Source: Sphaeroforma arctica JP610 | Taxonomy: Eukaryota | DNA: 39,243 bases | NCBI RefSeq assembly: GCF_001186125.1 | Contig: NW_014040532.1 | Location: forward strand, 19,557 to 58,799 | Direction of reading: 5' to 3' | Shown: positions 11,727-25,400 of the stretch, piece after piece | Position numbering within the stretch: position 1 is the first letter of the stretch | Layout: each line of letters starts with the position of its first letter | The notes under the pieces: generated by a model | What the model was told of the DNA's origin: nothing | The model's input: only the letters and a program-made list of their open reading frames with translations | The model's database searches: none | Translations under genes and position numbers: made by a program

Positions 11727-14700
11727 TTTAAAATGATCATGTCCGGAGCGTAAGTTGCAAGACTGACTACCAACTGGATTGTATCCTATCGGCTATCTCC
11801 TCGTTCATCACCTGTCTCAGATCAGATAAATGTGTCAATAAAGCTCTGCGAGGGAGTCATTTGTAACGAGCTTTTAGAACTCTAATTGTAAGATAGATTG
11901 TTATAACCAACTACACGAATTCGAGAAGAACTGGTGCAGCCTCTTGTGCTTGTACCTCAGTACACTCGATATTTGTGCGAAGAACAAAATAAAGGCCGGT
12001 GCAACTTTGTTTGTGTTAAGATTGCTCGGGTAACTTCTGCTGTGGGAGTGCAAATCTGCGACAAGGAGGCTTCGGATCAGCTTTTTTAGTATAAATTTAC
12101 GGAAGGCACTATGATTATCACACGCCAAAATACACTAGGCAGATGATAGCCCCAGTGTCATCTGCTTTTGCCAATGCGACTTACATTGTATGCTTAAACA
12201 GTTCTCCTTCGATCATCGAATGAACATGACTAGCCATCAAATTGAGGTTCATTTTTCCCCCCACTAATAGGCGTAATAACGAGTGCTTGTATGTTTTTGG
12301 CACGCGCTTGTCAAGAAGAAAAGCATACAACAATTCTCACTCGCAAGTTAATAATATCCCGGTGATCACGAAAGAATCTGCTGCACATATGCGAGTACAA
12401 AAAAGAGTTCATTCGAAATCGTCGCGCCAATCGGTTTGTTGCAAGCATTTGTATTTACTTGTATGAAAATAGGAAACTTGCTTCTTCTTTGATAAAAATT
12501 ATAACAAGTATCTAGCTCGATCTCTTACCATACAACAGATGGGTTTAGATATCTGCACTGACTCGTTACAGGTTATCAATTGATCTGTGGGGGGTTTTCA
12601 TGATTTGTTTTATTATACTATCACAAGTCGCAACCGCCTCCAGCTTTGCCTTTGTGCAAGCGAGGTAATTAACGAATAAGGACTTTAATGATTTTTTTAA
12701 TTAGGGTTTTAGATGTAGTTTCTACTGAGTCATGAGCCGGTGTGTGAACAGTGAATTCACCACAGTTGGTGTGCTGTCTAATTATGTATATGTATAACCA
12801 ACAAGTCGGCCATATTATATGCGATGCTGACAAATTTCTAGTCCATTACTTGTGTAATTTTGTCATATCGGTAAACAATTGTTCGCGATTATTTACAATA
12901 TTACGATTTCGCACTTCCTTTCCCAGTGACTCGTTGATAACAATACATACGCGTGCACGCTTGTGAATGCTTTCAACACTATGACATACTTCAAGAAATC
13001 TCTTTCCAGCCGTCATTTCTCTTCAGAACTCATCTAGTTCAAATATCTTAGAGTAATTAATGTGTAAATTAGCTCTGGACATGTCGTAGACTACAAATAC
13101 ATCATCCACTATTATTGGTCTTAGAGATATAGCCGGAGATGCTCCGGATCACCACAGAGCAGTCACTTTCACTGTTGGAAAGCGTGACTATGGAAACGAA
13201 CAATGTAAATACTGCATTCCTATCGACCAGATCACAACCGCAACTTGTGCAGCGTTCATCGTCCCTATTCCCTTAAAAACACGCAAATAGGTTTCGATCT
13301 AATCTTTACGTATCAAGTAGTTAACATCTACTTTCTGTGTGACTAACATATCTGCCTTGTTAGAGCGTGCCTTAGAAAAGGGTGCCGTTGTGTACTGCAA
13401 CTGTTCGACGACTAAACATAGCCAGGTCGCACAAAAAATCACGCCAGACAAGTATATTAATAGTGTTGACTATCCAGATTAATAGTAATTAAAGTATATT
13501 TTCCGTGGAAAAGACTTTTGACAAGCTGGGGTTTGCTAAAAGGGCTGAGACCCCGGATTATGTCATACTCCAACTGCGCGTTTGACTTGTTCTGTTTGTG
13601 AGGCTATGATTTTATAACAGTATTTTCTCTCCACTCTAAATATTAAAAAATCTGACGTGCAAAAGTTCTCCAGGTGATAATGTACTGAAATCTGTGTATG
13701 TTACCACTGAAGTGAAATATGGTTAGGGCAAATGGAGCAGGGGAGAGAGTGAGTGGGGGGGCGGGGAGGGGTTAGATAATATTGAAATCTTTCGCCCGAG
13801 TAAATACCATTCAACAGATGTCATTTATAAGCCACAAGTGCAGTGGGCTTTAAAACACGTAGCCCGCTATAGCACTTTTCGTATGTGAAATGCTTAGATG
13901 AGTTGAAAAGCTTACGAGTTCTTGACGGAAGCACATCCTCATCCTTGCAGGATCTAAAACCACCACTGATACCCGATAGATTATATTGGAGTTGAGTATG
14001 ACAGCTAGCTTACCTTGCATTCAAACACGCGATCAGATTTTTCTGAATGTTTTATTGTAAATTAAAGCCAATTTCTCAGTTAATGTGTATCAAAAACCAA
14101 AACCCACTGACAGAATTCACATAGGCTAACTATGGTATAGTATTTATACACTTCAAGTCGAGAGATGAGGAGTTTATCATCCGACCCATTAGCAGCTGCT
14201 ATAGTAGATCCACTCTATTCGAGACAAATAAAATAAAAGTGTCTAAATCCATAATCCTATTTGTACTTCTGGGTTTATTATCAGCAGCATTCCCTTTTGT
14301 TCACATTCGTTTGTTTTCAAAAGAGCAATTAGCACCAAAACTATAATCTAAGAGAAACACTGGCCTGAAATATATACTTGTTAGATTACTTCTAGGGTAT
14401 TATGTATCGGATGGCAATCAAACTTATTTAAAGGGCAAATTTGTTTTGCTTCCGCAGGACTATGGTGGCGAACGTTCGGGTGTGAAAACACGCGTACTTG
14501 CTATTCTTCCAAAGTCGAAATATATCAGTTTTAAAGTACCCGATATGATATGTACACGTGTAAAACTGGTTTTGTGTGCAATATCAAGCCTCTGAATGTA
14601 CACGTCTTTCAAGAGTATTATATCCATATACACATGTTATAGATCATGGTATCTTAATTTCAATCATAGCGATACATATCCATCTAATCCAACAATCATA

Positions 14701-14885
14701 ACGCATCGATTTCCACTTTCATTATTATTCAAACCGCCATTATGCGTATTACTTTCTTTGCAACAGTTATTCCTGCACAAATTGACGACTCCAAAATCTT
14801 TATCGTATCAAAGGTTTCGATTTATTGTATCTACTTAGGAAGCAGATGCTTGCCAGAACGGAACCACCTTCATTATAGACAAGTA

Positions 14886-14955
14886 CTCTAAACCCTAAAC
14901 CCTAAACTCTAAAACCGAACCTCGACCTTCGAAACCCTAGAACCCTAAAACCCCC
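14886..14955. repeat. Interstitial telomere-like (CCCTAAA)n degenerate tract
   Basis: ctctaaaccctaaaccctaaactctaaaac...gaaaccctagaaccctaaaacccc. Confidence 0.75.
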
Positions 14956-16866
14956 GGAGCATGTCAATTCATGTATTCATTACAAATTGTAATCAAAGTT
15001 ACAAGATTACACGAAAGTATCAAATGATGCGTAATTTTTATCTCTTGCAAATGAGAGTATTCAGCGCAAATGGGGGTAAAAACCTCGAAGTAGGTTGCAA
15101 TTGTTATTAGCACGTAGCGACATTTTACATGTCACAAAACCCAAGAAAACCCGTTTCCTCGGAAGCCTACTTAAAGTAAAAAGAAGGTAGGCCCTCAAAT
15201 TCTCTTTCTGTAGTAATTCAATCATTTCTCTATATGTGAAATATCAGTAATAGTTTTGGCTCTATTGATGGAAAAGTAGTATACAAAATCTCGATGTTAC
15301 AATTGGCCTCAGGTTCATGTGGCCAATTGCTTCGATATCTTGTACGTGTCGTTTAGGATATGGCATGACAACTAATTAGAGAAAAGTATTCAACACATTT
15401 CTTCGATCTGTATTGTTTCCAGATTACGACCTGACTTGCACGATTGTCTACTTATCAAAAACATTTCATTCCCGAGAACTTATCAAGTTTTTTAGTTGAG
15501 ACTCAGAACAACGACAAAATGTTACTGGGCACCTATTTTGTAGGACTTCGATCTAACCCCTTTGAACTTGCTTCCTATCGTGATAATTGCGTGTAGTAAG
15601 AAAGATCCGAAATTATTTGTGTAATATTTACGAGCTGCTTGTTGTAGAATTATACATTCACAATAGTGACTCCCGTCGCCAAACTAGTTTACTTTCATTT
15701 TCCACTGTCGAATCACAGAATAGACTCCATGGAGCGGTTTGTATGGTACAGGTATCGCATGTTGATGCGAGTTGAAATATACACCTTGAAGCATGCTTTC
15801 TGTTGCTTAGTCTTTCATCTATACATCGCTTCTGGTTTAGCACAAAAACGAAGTATGGGAATACGTTGAAGCAAAAAAAATCCGATATCCACTTTGGATT
15901 GTTTGTTGACGCCAATTTGTTTATTATATGTCGCGTATAGTCTGTTACCGCCGGGCAGGCTAAAACCCTTCCTACTGATAAAGCTATTTTGAAGCTATAT
16001 ACTCGTCATCTGATGACCTGCGTGCCTTTTCAATTTAAATCCTGCGTGGGAAGCTAAGTCGGAACTTTCAACGTCCTGGAGAAATATCACGTGTAATCTT
16101 CGGTAATACAGCATTGTGGATTATATGGATTTTGTACAACAAATTGGTACGGGAACAGCAACATTTGTGAGTGTAACAAAGCTTGAATAACAGTGTTGAG
16201 ACGTGCGATTGGCATGTGTAGCTTGCATGGCGACTGCCATCTTGTGACCATGAATACTTGTAAGAAAAAAATGTCAAATGTGCTACAGCTGTATCGGTGT
16301 AATTTTAAATCTTAGTGGCGGTGACCTCTGCTATGATGTATTTAAAATGACCACGATGGTGTTAAAAGTCCCCGCTCCTGACAGAATGTGCTGGCTATCA
16401 ATATGACTTGTGATGCATGTATTTAATTGCAATCAAATATCCGCCTCTTCAAGTGAAATTAAACGGAAAGCTAGCGGTGAATCAGATCCCACACCTAGAT
16501 ATCGATTATATTGAAATTCTTTTAAGATGAAAGTAGCAAGGTACTCTAGAAGGTAAACTATCCATTTGTACTCGCATTAAAAAGGAAGCAGAAATTAGAC
16601 AATTAGACCACTAAAATATGATGTGAATGGTCAATCCATTTAATATATTCCTAAATTACATACGCGCACACTTCGAGAGTATGTTCATACCTGTATATAT
16701 ATAAATCCCTTAATCAATCTACTAATTTTATGTAGTAGCGGTAACACGTACATCCAAACATGCTCCAATATCAATCCTATGATTGAAGAGCTATTTTATA
16801 GAGCAGGCGGCGAACGCGTATCCTCACCACTACACTATCACACAGTCCATTCAAGACATTTTTCTG

Positions 16867-19800
16867 CTAACTGCACGATTCAGAGATATGATGATATGCC
16901 TTCTCCTCCACTTCTTTCTGAGCCTGTGCCTTGTCTATACTGCTCATGAGCAATCGCAACGCCAAGTATTTCTTCCTCAACTGCTCGAAGTGTTCAGCAC
17001 TCTCCACCGTGGTATGCCCGTCCGACTTGTTGTGCAAGGTGCTCATCTGCACACAATCCTCGGATACATCAGGGCTATCCTCGTTCACCTCATCTTTTTG
17101 CGACAGGGCCACCAGGTCATGTGTGGGTGGTTGAAGTGAGTCTAAAGATGCCTTGGTACCTGGCGCTGATACAATCTTATCCTCCAGCTGAGTGCCGGCT
17201 GAAATGCCCATCTTGTACATGTCCTGTGTAAGTCCATCCACATGCAGGTCAGTGGTTTCTTCCAAAGTATCACCCTCACCACTCCCATCTGACACTCCGA
17301 ACGCACTGTCGGTCGCACGTGCTCTGCTCTCTTCGACACTCGCTGCATGTTTTCGGTCTGCATCATTTCGGTCTGCATCATTTCGGTGATGAACCGTGAT
17401 GTCGCTACCGTACACAGGCTCTTCATTATCACTCGACTTTGCAACTCTGTCCTCTGTTCCTTGCACAGACATGGCGGATTGCTGACTGATGCCCTCCTCA
17501 ACCACCTCCGCTTCCTTAATTGGCGACTCGTTGTAAGATAATTCCGCCAAGCGTTCCGTGACCTCGTCTACTGCCTGTTCGTCCTCCGAATGTGTGTGAT
17601 TTTGTACACTCGAATCTGGAGTTTCAGGACTAATATCATCTACTGCTTTTCGAGGTGATTTCCCTACGTCATATTGCTGATCGATGGCATCGTCCTCGGT
17701 ATCAGAGGTGACTTCGCTGCCGTTCGTGAGCTCGCTCTGCAGTTGCTTGACATCGTTTGCACCCACGTGACAATGCATTTTTTCGCTTAACACGCGTTTG
17801 TACACATCGTCGACACCGTAATCTGCACCGCTGGATGACTCCTCCTCTGAATCGACAGGCTCTTGCTGAAGTGTGCTGTCAAACGAGACAGTATTGCTAC
17901 CGGTTGCCTCTGATGTCTTGAAGCTAGACTTGAGCTGCTCGCTCTCGTCCGCACTGGATTCTGCCGATGCACTGTATCCCGCCTCTGCCGCCTCATCAGG
18001 TTCACTACCAACAGCCTCTAAGGCTCCCAGCGGTTCTACATCAGCTTCGGATGGTGACTGCACATCGAATAATGCCTCCCATGGCATACCTTGGTGCTCT
18101 TCTGCTTGTGCCTTGGATTCAGATTGGCCCTCCATCAGAGGTGGAGATGATGAAAAACCGGAGGAGGTGTACTTCCTGGAACCAGAGCTGAACATCTTCT
18201 TGAGTGTGCCACTCACTCTCGCACCAAGACCACTTACACTCGTGCCAATACCCGACACACTTGATCTCTTGGAAGCGGCCGGTGCACCATCCGGTATTTG
18301 CTGTGAGTCCTTCATATAGTCGTTTATACCCGTACCTTCATCACTATGTAGTTCAACACCAGATAGCATTTTGAACTCCGACCTATCATAATCGACTCCT
18401 GTATGCTCCTTCTTCGCTCGGTCAGACATATTCGATTCAGTCTCCTTGTCTGTGCCCTTGCTGCTACTCTTACGAAGAGCGAACCCAGTCTTCTTCTTTG
18501 ATTTCTTGTCCATTGTGCTCGTCTCCACTGAGGTCCTCTCCGCTCTATCACCTGCCCCATCATACGAGTCTTCGATTGTGAGATCGTATTCATCCGAAGC
18601 GTCATACTTGCCGTTGTCAACAACATCAGCGACACCGCCGAGCGCACCACTTTCCACGCCGCCACTAAAGCCAGTATCGGGTATTGAAAATCGCCTTCTC
18701 CGTGAGGGTGCAGCCGCGCGATCTTGCTTTCCGCCTCTGCCTGCAGATGCACCAGACCCTATGTCGCCAAGTGCATTGTTATTGTCCTTGTGCTCATTCT
18801 TATCGTGCTTCGGCAGAACTTGTGCAAGCGGAGTGCTATCGTGTATGGGCATTGACTGGAATACCATAGGCGCAGACGGCTCGTGCACCAATGAGCGAGT
18901 TGGCATCGATGTCATCGCTAGATTGTGCACCGCCGCTACCGGTCCTTCTTCGGACATGGCAGGTTCGGAAGGCACCTGGCCTGGTTCTCGTGACTGTACC
19001 AAGGCCTGTTTTGTCTTTTCAGCCACATCTGATGCAAATCCTTCATCTGCCAACGACAAGTGTTGTGCTCTTTCCTCAGTGTATAACGGTACAAATGCAG
19101 GTTGAGTGGCAGTCGAAGGCGGAGGAGGAGCACCACCTGGTGGTGGCATACCTGCCCCATAGCTGGTTAGTCCGGCCACAGCCATACCCATCTCCAAGCC
19201 CACACGACGGCCTCCGATGCTTTCCTGAGCATGCGTATGACCCGACACCGGTGCGTACATCGGCTGTACGTGCCCTGGGGGCGATGCTGTGCGGGGTGCT
19301 GTAGGGGGTACAGAAGAATGCTGTAACCGCATCCCGGCGGTCAAAGGCACAGCCAGTGGGGCCGGCATTAGCGCCTTCTTATGAGTAGCGAACGTCTGTG
19401 TATGTTGCGACGGGGGCAAATGCATATTCGGCTGCATAGACCCTATCGGCTTCTCATTAGCAATCATGTCGGACGGAACTAAATCGCCCGGCAGAGACAG
19501 TTCATGCAACTCGGCGGGTAACAGACCAGCCCCGGCAGTAGCAACGCCGAGTGGCGGCAGCTGGACGGCCATGGGCGGTGGTGGGGGGGGCGCATAACCA
19601 AGCATAGGCCCCAACGGTTGCGCCATGCTGGGCTGCGCTTGCAGTTGCTGCTGTTGCAGTTGTTGCTGTGCTATGGTCTGTTGCAGTTGCTGGGTCAACT
19701 GCTGCAGTTGCAGCTGTTGTTGCTGCAGCTGTGCGTCCTGTTGTGCCTGGCGCAAGAGCTGTTGCTCCTGTTGCTGGCGCTGCAGCTCCTGCTGCTCAAT

Positions 19801-22441
19801 GTGCAGTTGGTGTGCGCGTACCTTGCTGGCTGCAATCTGCTCAAACTGGGACAGCTTGAGCTTGAGCTCTGCTATTGCCTGTTGCTGCTCAACCACCTGC
19901 TGCTCCATCTCCGCTGCCCCCTCGTGACTGTTGCCATTGGCTGAGGGGGTGGTGTGTGCGGTACCGTCAGAATGCACAGGCGTCTCTGAGTGGCCCTCGT
20001 ACGGAGTGTCTGGCGCATCGCTTGCAAGGTCACTCAGAGCATTTGAGAGCGCTCCTGCCAATGTCTCGCGCGAGTAGGGAGTGTCGGCTATGTGTGTTGT
20101 AGCCTGTGGATCGATAACTTCATGCATATCCTGCGGGTCCTCGAGGTGTTCGTAGTAAACCTCTTCTGGATCGTACCTGCCACTGTCCTTACCTGCAGCG
20201 CCAACTTGTGAATGCGTGCCATCCGCGCCCACGGCATGCGCGGTTGCATCTTTTGCATCGGCATTAGTGGGTGTCCCCTTGTCTGAGTCGACCGTGTCAT
20301 TCCTCTGTGGTGTTTTCTCATCGTCTCTGTCAGGCACCTCTGGCGATGTATGCTTGTGTAACGCCTCCTTGGCCTCCTGCTCCTCTGATGACTGCACCGC
20401 TGTTTTCTCGTGTGCATTCGGGTGCTGCTGCAGTGGGCCTGGTGTTGGTGTAGCTGCGCACCTGTCAGTTGACTCCAAGGTGTCGGGTGCAGCTGTGGCT
20501 GTTGCCGTATCTGACAGTACAGGTGACTCAGCACCAGAAGCCGGTGCATGTGGCTTCACCTGCGGCAAGCTGAGACGCTCGCCCAACTTATTCCTACGGT
20601 CCTGCATGGCGGCACGACCGTTGCCTCTCTCAAGCTGTCTGCGCTCGACCACTTCATAATCACTTGAGCTGCCGTGTTTGCGATTGTTTCGGCCATCGTC
20701 GCTAGCGTCTCCTGTGCCATGCATATCCTCATCATCAGCATCTGAGCCGCGCACGTACTCATTCAATGCGCCTTGGTTTGTAACGATACCACTGTCACGT
20801 CCATTCCCGCTTTCTCCACTGCCACCCGTATCCTTATCAGCCTTCCGACTAATCTTGACCTCGCTGGTGGCATGACCAAGGTCCTTTATCTTGATGGTGA
20901 CCGCTGTTGCCGCCTTCGCTCTGAGGGCGATGCCATCTGCAGCGGCAGTTGAGTCCACGTCCATGTCACTGTCCGTCTCTGTCTCTGCGTCAGGGTCGGT
21001 GTTGTGCTCATAAACACCCGCCCCATCACGGTTGTCAACTACCACCCCATTATCGCCCGCATTGTCTCGCCGGATATCAATCGATAGATTAGAATTAGTC
21101 ACAATGCCTCGGTTGGACAGTGTGTGTGGTGATGACGGGTATCCGGGAGGCGCATTCGGGTCGCTCGATATCCGCTCGGCGTGGCCATAGTTGTTCTGAG
21201 GCTTGTGCTCTTCGCGGAACGTGGAGTGCGATCCCTTGGGCGTCTGGATGCCGTCGTGGTCTTCCGTGTATGGGATGATGCGCGTGAGTTCCGCGTGGCG
21301 TGGGACCAGCAACACTTCAGCCGTCACGGCCCCTGTGTCGAGTCCACGTGTCTGCACCACACGCGCCTCATGATATCCACTCAGCGGCGCACACTCGCCC
21401 TCGCTGCGGCACTGACTCTCCATGCGCGTCCTGTCTATGCCGGGTGTGCCGTTGTGTTGGTCGGAGTTGTTGGTACTTTTGCTTGCATTGAATGATGTTG
21501 ATGATGCTGCATCGTCCGTTGGCAGAGCACGTGCCTGGGTATCACCCGGCGACTCTTGGGTTCCCGTCTGCTGCGCTCCACTTACTGTCGCCAGAGAATC
21601 GCGACCTGCGCCGCTCATATAGTTATTTAGCAACTGCTGCTGCTGCGTGAGTTGTTGCTGGTGGTGGTATATCTGGTTCTGTTGCGGCGATTGATTCGTG
21701 CCACCCGTCTGGTTACTGAAGCCCAGGGTGTTCAACATAGGCCCATTGTACAGGTCAGTCTGTTGCTGCTGCAACTGGTTCTGTAGTTGAACTTGCTGTC
21801 GTTTGAGGTGATTCTGCAGATGTTGTTGTCGCTGCTGCTGCTCCTCCTGCCGCCGTTGGAGTGCTTGTTGCTGCTGTAGGGCCTGCTGTTGTTGTTGCAG
21901 GGCTTGTTGTTGCTGTAATACATTCTGTTGATGTTGATGTTGCTGCTGCTGCTGCAGTGCAAATTGCTGCTGAAGCGCTGCTTGTTGGTGGAACATATTC
22001 CGTTGGTGTTCCTGTGCTTGCACTGACATCACACCAGCGGCTGCATTCTCAAAACTGTGAACTGGCGAAAATTTGGAAGGTTGGTTTGTGCCGCTATGAA
22101 TGGTAGAGTGGGATGGCATGGATATCACAGATGGAATGCTATTGATCGTGGGCACCGCGGGCATAGTCGGTAAGCTGTTGGTTGTTAACGTAGCCTCTAG
22201 CTCGGCAAACGCCTGATTCCCCACATGACCGTCGAACGTCACACGCGTCTGCGGGTGAGGTGGTGGATGGTGTGCGGTGGTTGTGTGTTGTGAGGGCAGA
22301 GTGTTCTGAAGGTGCGCCTCGTTCCGTTGCTGAGGCACCTGCGCAACAACATCATCCATTTGCTTCTGCAATATATGGTGTAGATCCCGAAGTTCCTCCG
22401 AATTACACCTGTGCGTGCGAAATTCATGATATATCAGTGAC
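16867..22441 (-). CDS. Terminal exon: ~1850 aa polyQ, Pro-rich and acidic region with a short C-terminal coiled coil
   Basis: Uninterrupted 1868-codon, GC-rich ORF. Two in-phase acceptors (22441, 22408); stop at 16867. Confidence 0.88.
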
Positions 22442-25400
22442 CTGTCCGAAAACAACATGTATGTAGCACACATGTGTTCGCGTAAAACGACACGTCAAAC
22501 ACATGTCTGTGCGACTTTGGGGCTGCACACTGAGCCTGCATCGCGAACAAGCCATATCTGATTAAATTGAAACTACACAATCTTACATTTAAAAATTAAA
22601 TTCGTAAAATCGTAAAATACACTCATCATTCCGGTAACGAGAACACAGATTAAAACAAAGCGGCACTATGCGCATGACCGCCGCATCAATCGACATTTGT
22701 AGCACGCGAAAATGCATACAGCACACCTTGTATCGTACTAATCACAATTGTATTCATAAGTGACACAGTTTTGCCGCTCACAGACGAAGCAAAATTAACG
22801 TCCAGCAGATAACACTTGATTATAGTAAGAATACCTATCCACAACCAAAGCCACACAATACTAGTTCACATCAGATCCTTAAGACTCTCGGGACATCCAC
22901 TTCAATCAAACGAGCTAAAATGTCCACATGGTAATACACGAAGATAAATATTTACAGCAACATACTACCATCGTGACAAAAAAGAACTGTCGAAGCACAA
23001 AAATGTTTCCACTTCAAAACACAAATTGATACAGAGTTCAGAAATCCCTCTCAGTGATCATATCCACAAAAGAAACTTACGCGCTGATGGCGTTCATGAT
23101 AGAATCCTGATTGAAGCTGTTGTTCGCCAGGAGCTGACTCACATCCCTGTAGCATACAAACACGCACGCCGTCGACAAAGTGGTGAATAGGCACGGACAA
23201 GTCAGAAGCGATTTATACGCCTTACAAAGAGGCTTTGTGGAGTTGAAATACTAGTGTAGAAGAATAATGTTGCCTAACACACACAGCAGAAAAACCTTTC
23301 TAAGGCGTGCAACGAGATAACACTGTCAACTTTACCGCCTAAATTGATATGCAACTACAAATCACAATATACATATAGATATATATGTATTCTCATGATG
23401 TATATGCATACTATACATAAATTAGCCTTACTATGTAGATATTTGATATTTGATATGCATCTATAGCTCACATTCATATATATATATATATACATCAGCA
23501 TATTATCATTGTGTGTAGATTGGTCTTTCCGGATACCCCACACTATAATTGTATGCATACAACGCGAACATACATTTTGCCCTTCTTGGTCTGCATGATG
23601 GACCGGTACAATTCATCCTCAACGCTTTCGTCTTCGTGGTCTCGTTTTCGGGACGACGACTGACTTTGATTACTTACTGCCGACTGCACCTCATTCTGGT
23701 TCCAAAGGCGCCTGAAAACCAATAGTGAGACGCTTAGTACGACAGAAGGCGATATGATCAATCGCAGTATGAACAACTGCTCTGGCGAAAGCACAGAAAG
23801 AGTTCCGCACAGCCCACGCTGAAAGAACACCTCACAGGCAGACCACAGACACGAATCATCAACCACACAGCATGCAATACGTTGCAACCATACAAAATGA
23901 ACACCAGACGAAAGCACAGGCAAAGGTACTGCGTAGAAAAAACCACAAGCATCACACAATGCACTATACGTGACTGACATACTTGTATGGGTCATCTGAA
24001 AACTCGTTGTTGAGTAGACCGAACTTGCTATCGCCCACATCATAGATAGACGCGTAGGGAAGAGTGCCGGGTGACGGCCGTGTGTTAAGTGTGTCGAAGT
24101 TAGGTGTGGCGCTCTTAGTCGAGGAGAGGTAGCCATAACCGCCCTGAGTGTTGAGCAGCTCACCGCCTGCCAGTTGTTCGCTACCGTCGCCGTTGACAAG
24201 ACTGAAGGGCGAGCCGTTAGCACCCGCACCGCCGAGCTGCCCTTGACCCAGGCTGTTGTGCGTGCTCCCAGGGTTTGAGTTCGGATTACTGTGTTGCTGA
24301 TTATGAAGATTGCTATTGTTTTGCTGCTGCAGAATATTCAGGGTTTGTTGTAGATTGTCGCGTTGCTGCTGGTCATTGGTGTTCTGCTGCAGTTGCTGCA
24401 GTGTCTGATGCGATGGGTGCAGCTGCTGGTTTAGCCCGTGTTGTTGTTGTAGTCCTATGAAGGTCATGCCACCTATCCCTGCCGCACTGCTGCCGCTGGT
24501 TGAGACTGGCGAGCGCGCATCCTTCACACCAGCATTATTAGCCGAGTAGACGCTTCTGTCCACAGAGTGTATCCTCCCACTGCTGATAGACGGCTGCTGC
24601 TGTGTCCCCATCAGAGGGTTTGATGTCCCCATTGGCGCATGCGCATTGCCCTGTTGCGAGAGGCTCTGCCGCGAGTCGTACAGCTGTGCGTTCATGGGAT
24701 CGTTGACCGAGGCATAATTGAAGATGTTGACGTGCTGCTGCCCACTGTTGGCGCTCGAGGGGAGTGTTGAGCCCAACGACGTCTGCTGTGAATACCCCGG
24801 CGCTGTTTGGGATTGTGTGGGGTAGTTTGCGTATGCAATGGCCTGTGCTTGTGAGAGTGACTGTGTCTGTGCTTGCTGCTGTGTCTGCAGCATTGCTTGT
24901 GTGTGCATGTCCCCAAATGACTGTCCGCCACCTCCGCCCATATTCCGCCTCCAGAATGCCGCTTCCGACAGTTGAGAGTCTGGGGTTTCCGGGTGTGACA
25001 AGGGTCCCGGTGTGCCTAACAGATTAGGCGTGGGCGTGTGCTCTACGGGCAATGCCTTGTGCGGCGCCTGATTGATGACATTGCCCTTACTGTCCACATA
25101 CCCACTGTCCCGTCGTTCTTCTGAACTGGTTTTGCGCATTATTCTGTACAGAGCAATTATGGTTGGTCCATTGGTTAGTCCTGCCGCAATGTTCAGACAA
25201 AACACATGACGGAGGCATACACACGCCGCGCTCACTTATTGCGGGGGAGCCATTTTCATGCTTATTACTGATACCCATATTTGGCCAATGTGCAATCATC
25301 ACCTTCGCAATATAAGTAGCCAGCATGGGCGCACTAGACCAGTCAATGCAAAATAGAACATTTGACAAACGCGCACACTATTGATCATTGATTCACATTA

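Noticed and set aside
11900..16780. Short ORFs in the intergenic stretch
   Set aside because: No recognisable motifs or consistent exon chain; a decayed or highly spliced gene cannot be excluded.
19618..19944. Cys-rich (metallothionein-like) and Leu-rich + strand ORFs
   Set aside because: Antisense shadows of the polyQ codons in the large minus-strand ORF.
16783..22466. Numerous other short ORFs overlapping the terminal exon
   Set aside because: Shadow or alternative frames of a GC-rich coding exon.
25236..25267. Possible extra mini-exon (NKHENGSPAI, donor gtgagc)
   Set aside because: Its phase does not fit the branch-supported acceptor at 25144; unresolved without transcripts.
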